Positions 63,297 to 64,000 of a stretch of 64,000 bases of DNA are shown here, one piece after another. Location: positions 75,206,001 to 75,270,000 of the forward strand of contig NC_043006.1 of the NCBI RefSeq assembly GCF_006345805.1, written 5' to 3'. The notes under the pieces were generated by a model. It was given only the letters and a program-made list of their open reading frames with translations, was not told the origin of the DNA and did not search any database. Position numbers and translations under genes: made by a program. The number at the start of each line of letters is the position of its first letter. The first letter of the stretch is position 1. The stretch is from Octopus sinensis. Taxonomy: Eukaryota.

Positions 63297-63419
63297 AAGA
63301 GACCGATAGAATAAGTACTAGGCTTACAAAGAATAAGTCCTGGGGTCGATTTGCATGACTAAAGGCGATGCTCCAGCATGGCCATAGTCAAATAAAATAA
63401 AAGAAAAGAAAAAGAAAAG

Positions 63420-63660
63420 GTAAAGTAAGATAAAATTACCTTCTCGAATCATCCCGACTCATTACAGCCCGGTTTCCCGGTTTCATTGCGTATATATTCT
63501 CCACCTGGACGGGACACCGGTCTGTAGCGTGGCTACTCATTGTCGTCAGCTGAGTGGACTGGAGCAACATGAAATGAAGTCTTTTGCTCAAGAACACAAC
63601 GCGTCGCCCGTTCCAAGAATCGAAACCACAATCTTGCGATCATGATGCTGACACTCTAAC
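63420..63660 (-). mobile_element. SINE family E
   Basis: Minus-strand head ggttagagtgtcagc...ggtttcgattctt; body ctccagtccactcagctg; tail type 3. Confidence 0.75.
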
Positions 63661-64000
63661 CACTGTGTGGAAGCACTCCGTCGGTTACGACGATGAGGGT
63701 TCCGGTTGATCCGAATCAACGGAACAGCCTGCTCGTGAAATTAACGTGTAAATGGCTGAGTACTCCACAGACACGTGTACCCTTAACGTAGTTCTCGGGG
63801 ATATTCAGCGTGACACAGAGAGTGACAAGGCCAGCCCCTTGAAATACAGGTACAACAGAAACAGGAAGTAAGAGTGAGAGCAAGTTGTGGTGAAAGAGTA
63901 CAGCAGGGATCACCACCATCCCCAGCCGGAGCCTCGTGGAGCTTTTAGGTGTTTTCGCTCAATAAACATTCACAACGCCCGGTCTGGGAATCGAAACCGC
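63661..64000 (-). mobile_element. SINE family D, tail type 1, CpG-intact, runs off the window end
   Basis: Homologous to 2140-2505. Confidence 0.85.

Overview
AT-rich, repeat-saturated animal DNA. I infer a coleoid cephalopod, probably Octopus, from the tRNA-derived SINE families and dense TA/CA/GA/CATA/TATC microsatellites; the species is not confirmed. No intact multi-exon protein-coding gene is recognisable, and nearly all ORF-track entries are microsatellite or SINE read-throughs. The window is a mosaic of five or more SINE families, RTE and CR1 LINE 3' fragments, mariner remnants, one full-length but dead DD37D (maT-type) transposon with perfect 26-bp TIRs, hAT/piggyBac/pogo-like MITEs, a non-autonomous Helitron and a 166-bp satellite. 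The left ~42 kb looks like intron of a + strand gene: it holds a 12-nt microexon candidate with an upstream UGC, a candidate recursive splice site (poly-U CAG|GTAAGT), and repeats with CpG decay. The most interesting signals are: (1) minimal type-I hammerhead-ribozyme motifs in three different repeat families, one of them inside a tRNA-headed SINE-like element; (2) the recursive-splicing and microexon signals; (3) several pre-miRNA-like or foldback hairpins in unique sequence; (4) SINEs that swap 3' tail modules. Repeat boundaries were read by eye and are approximate unless an exact motif is quoted.
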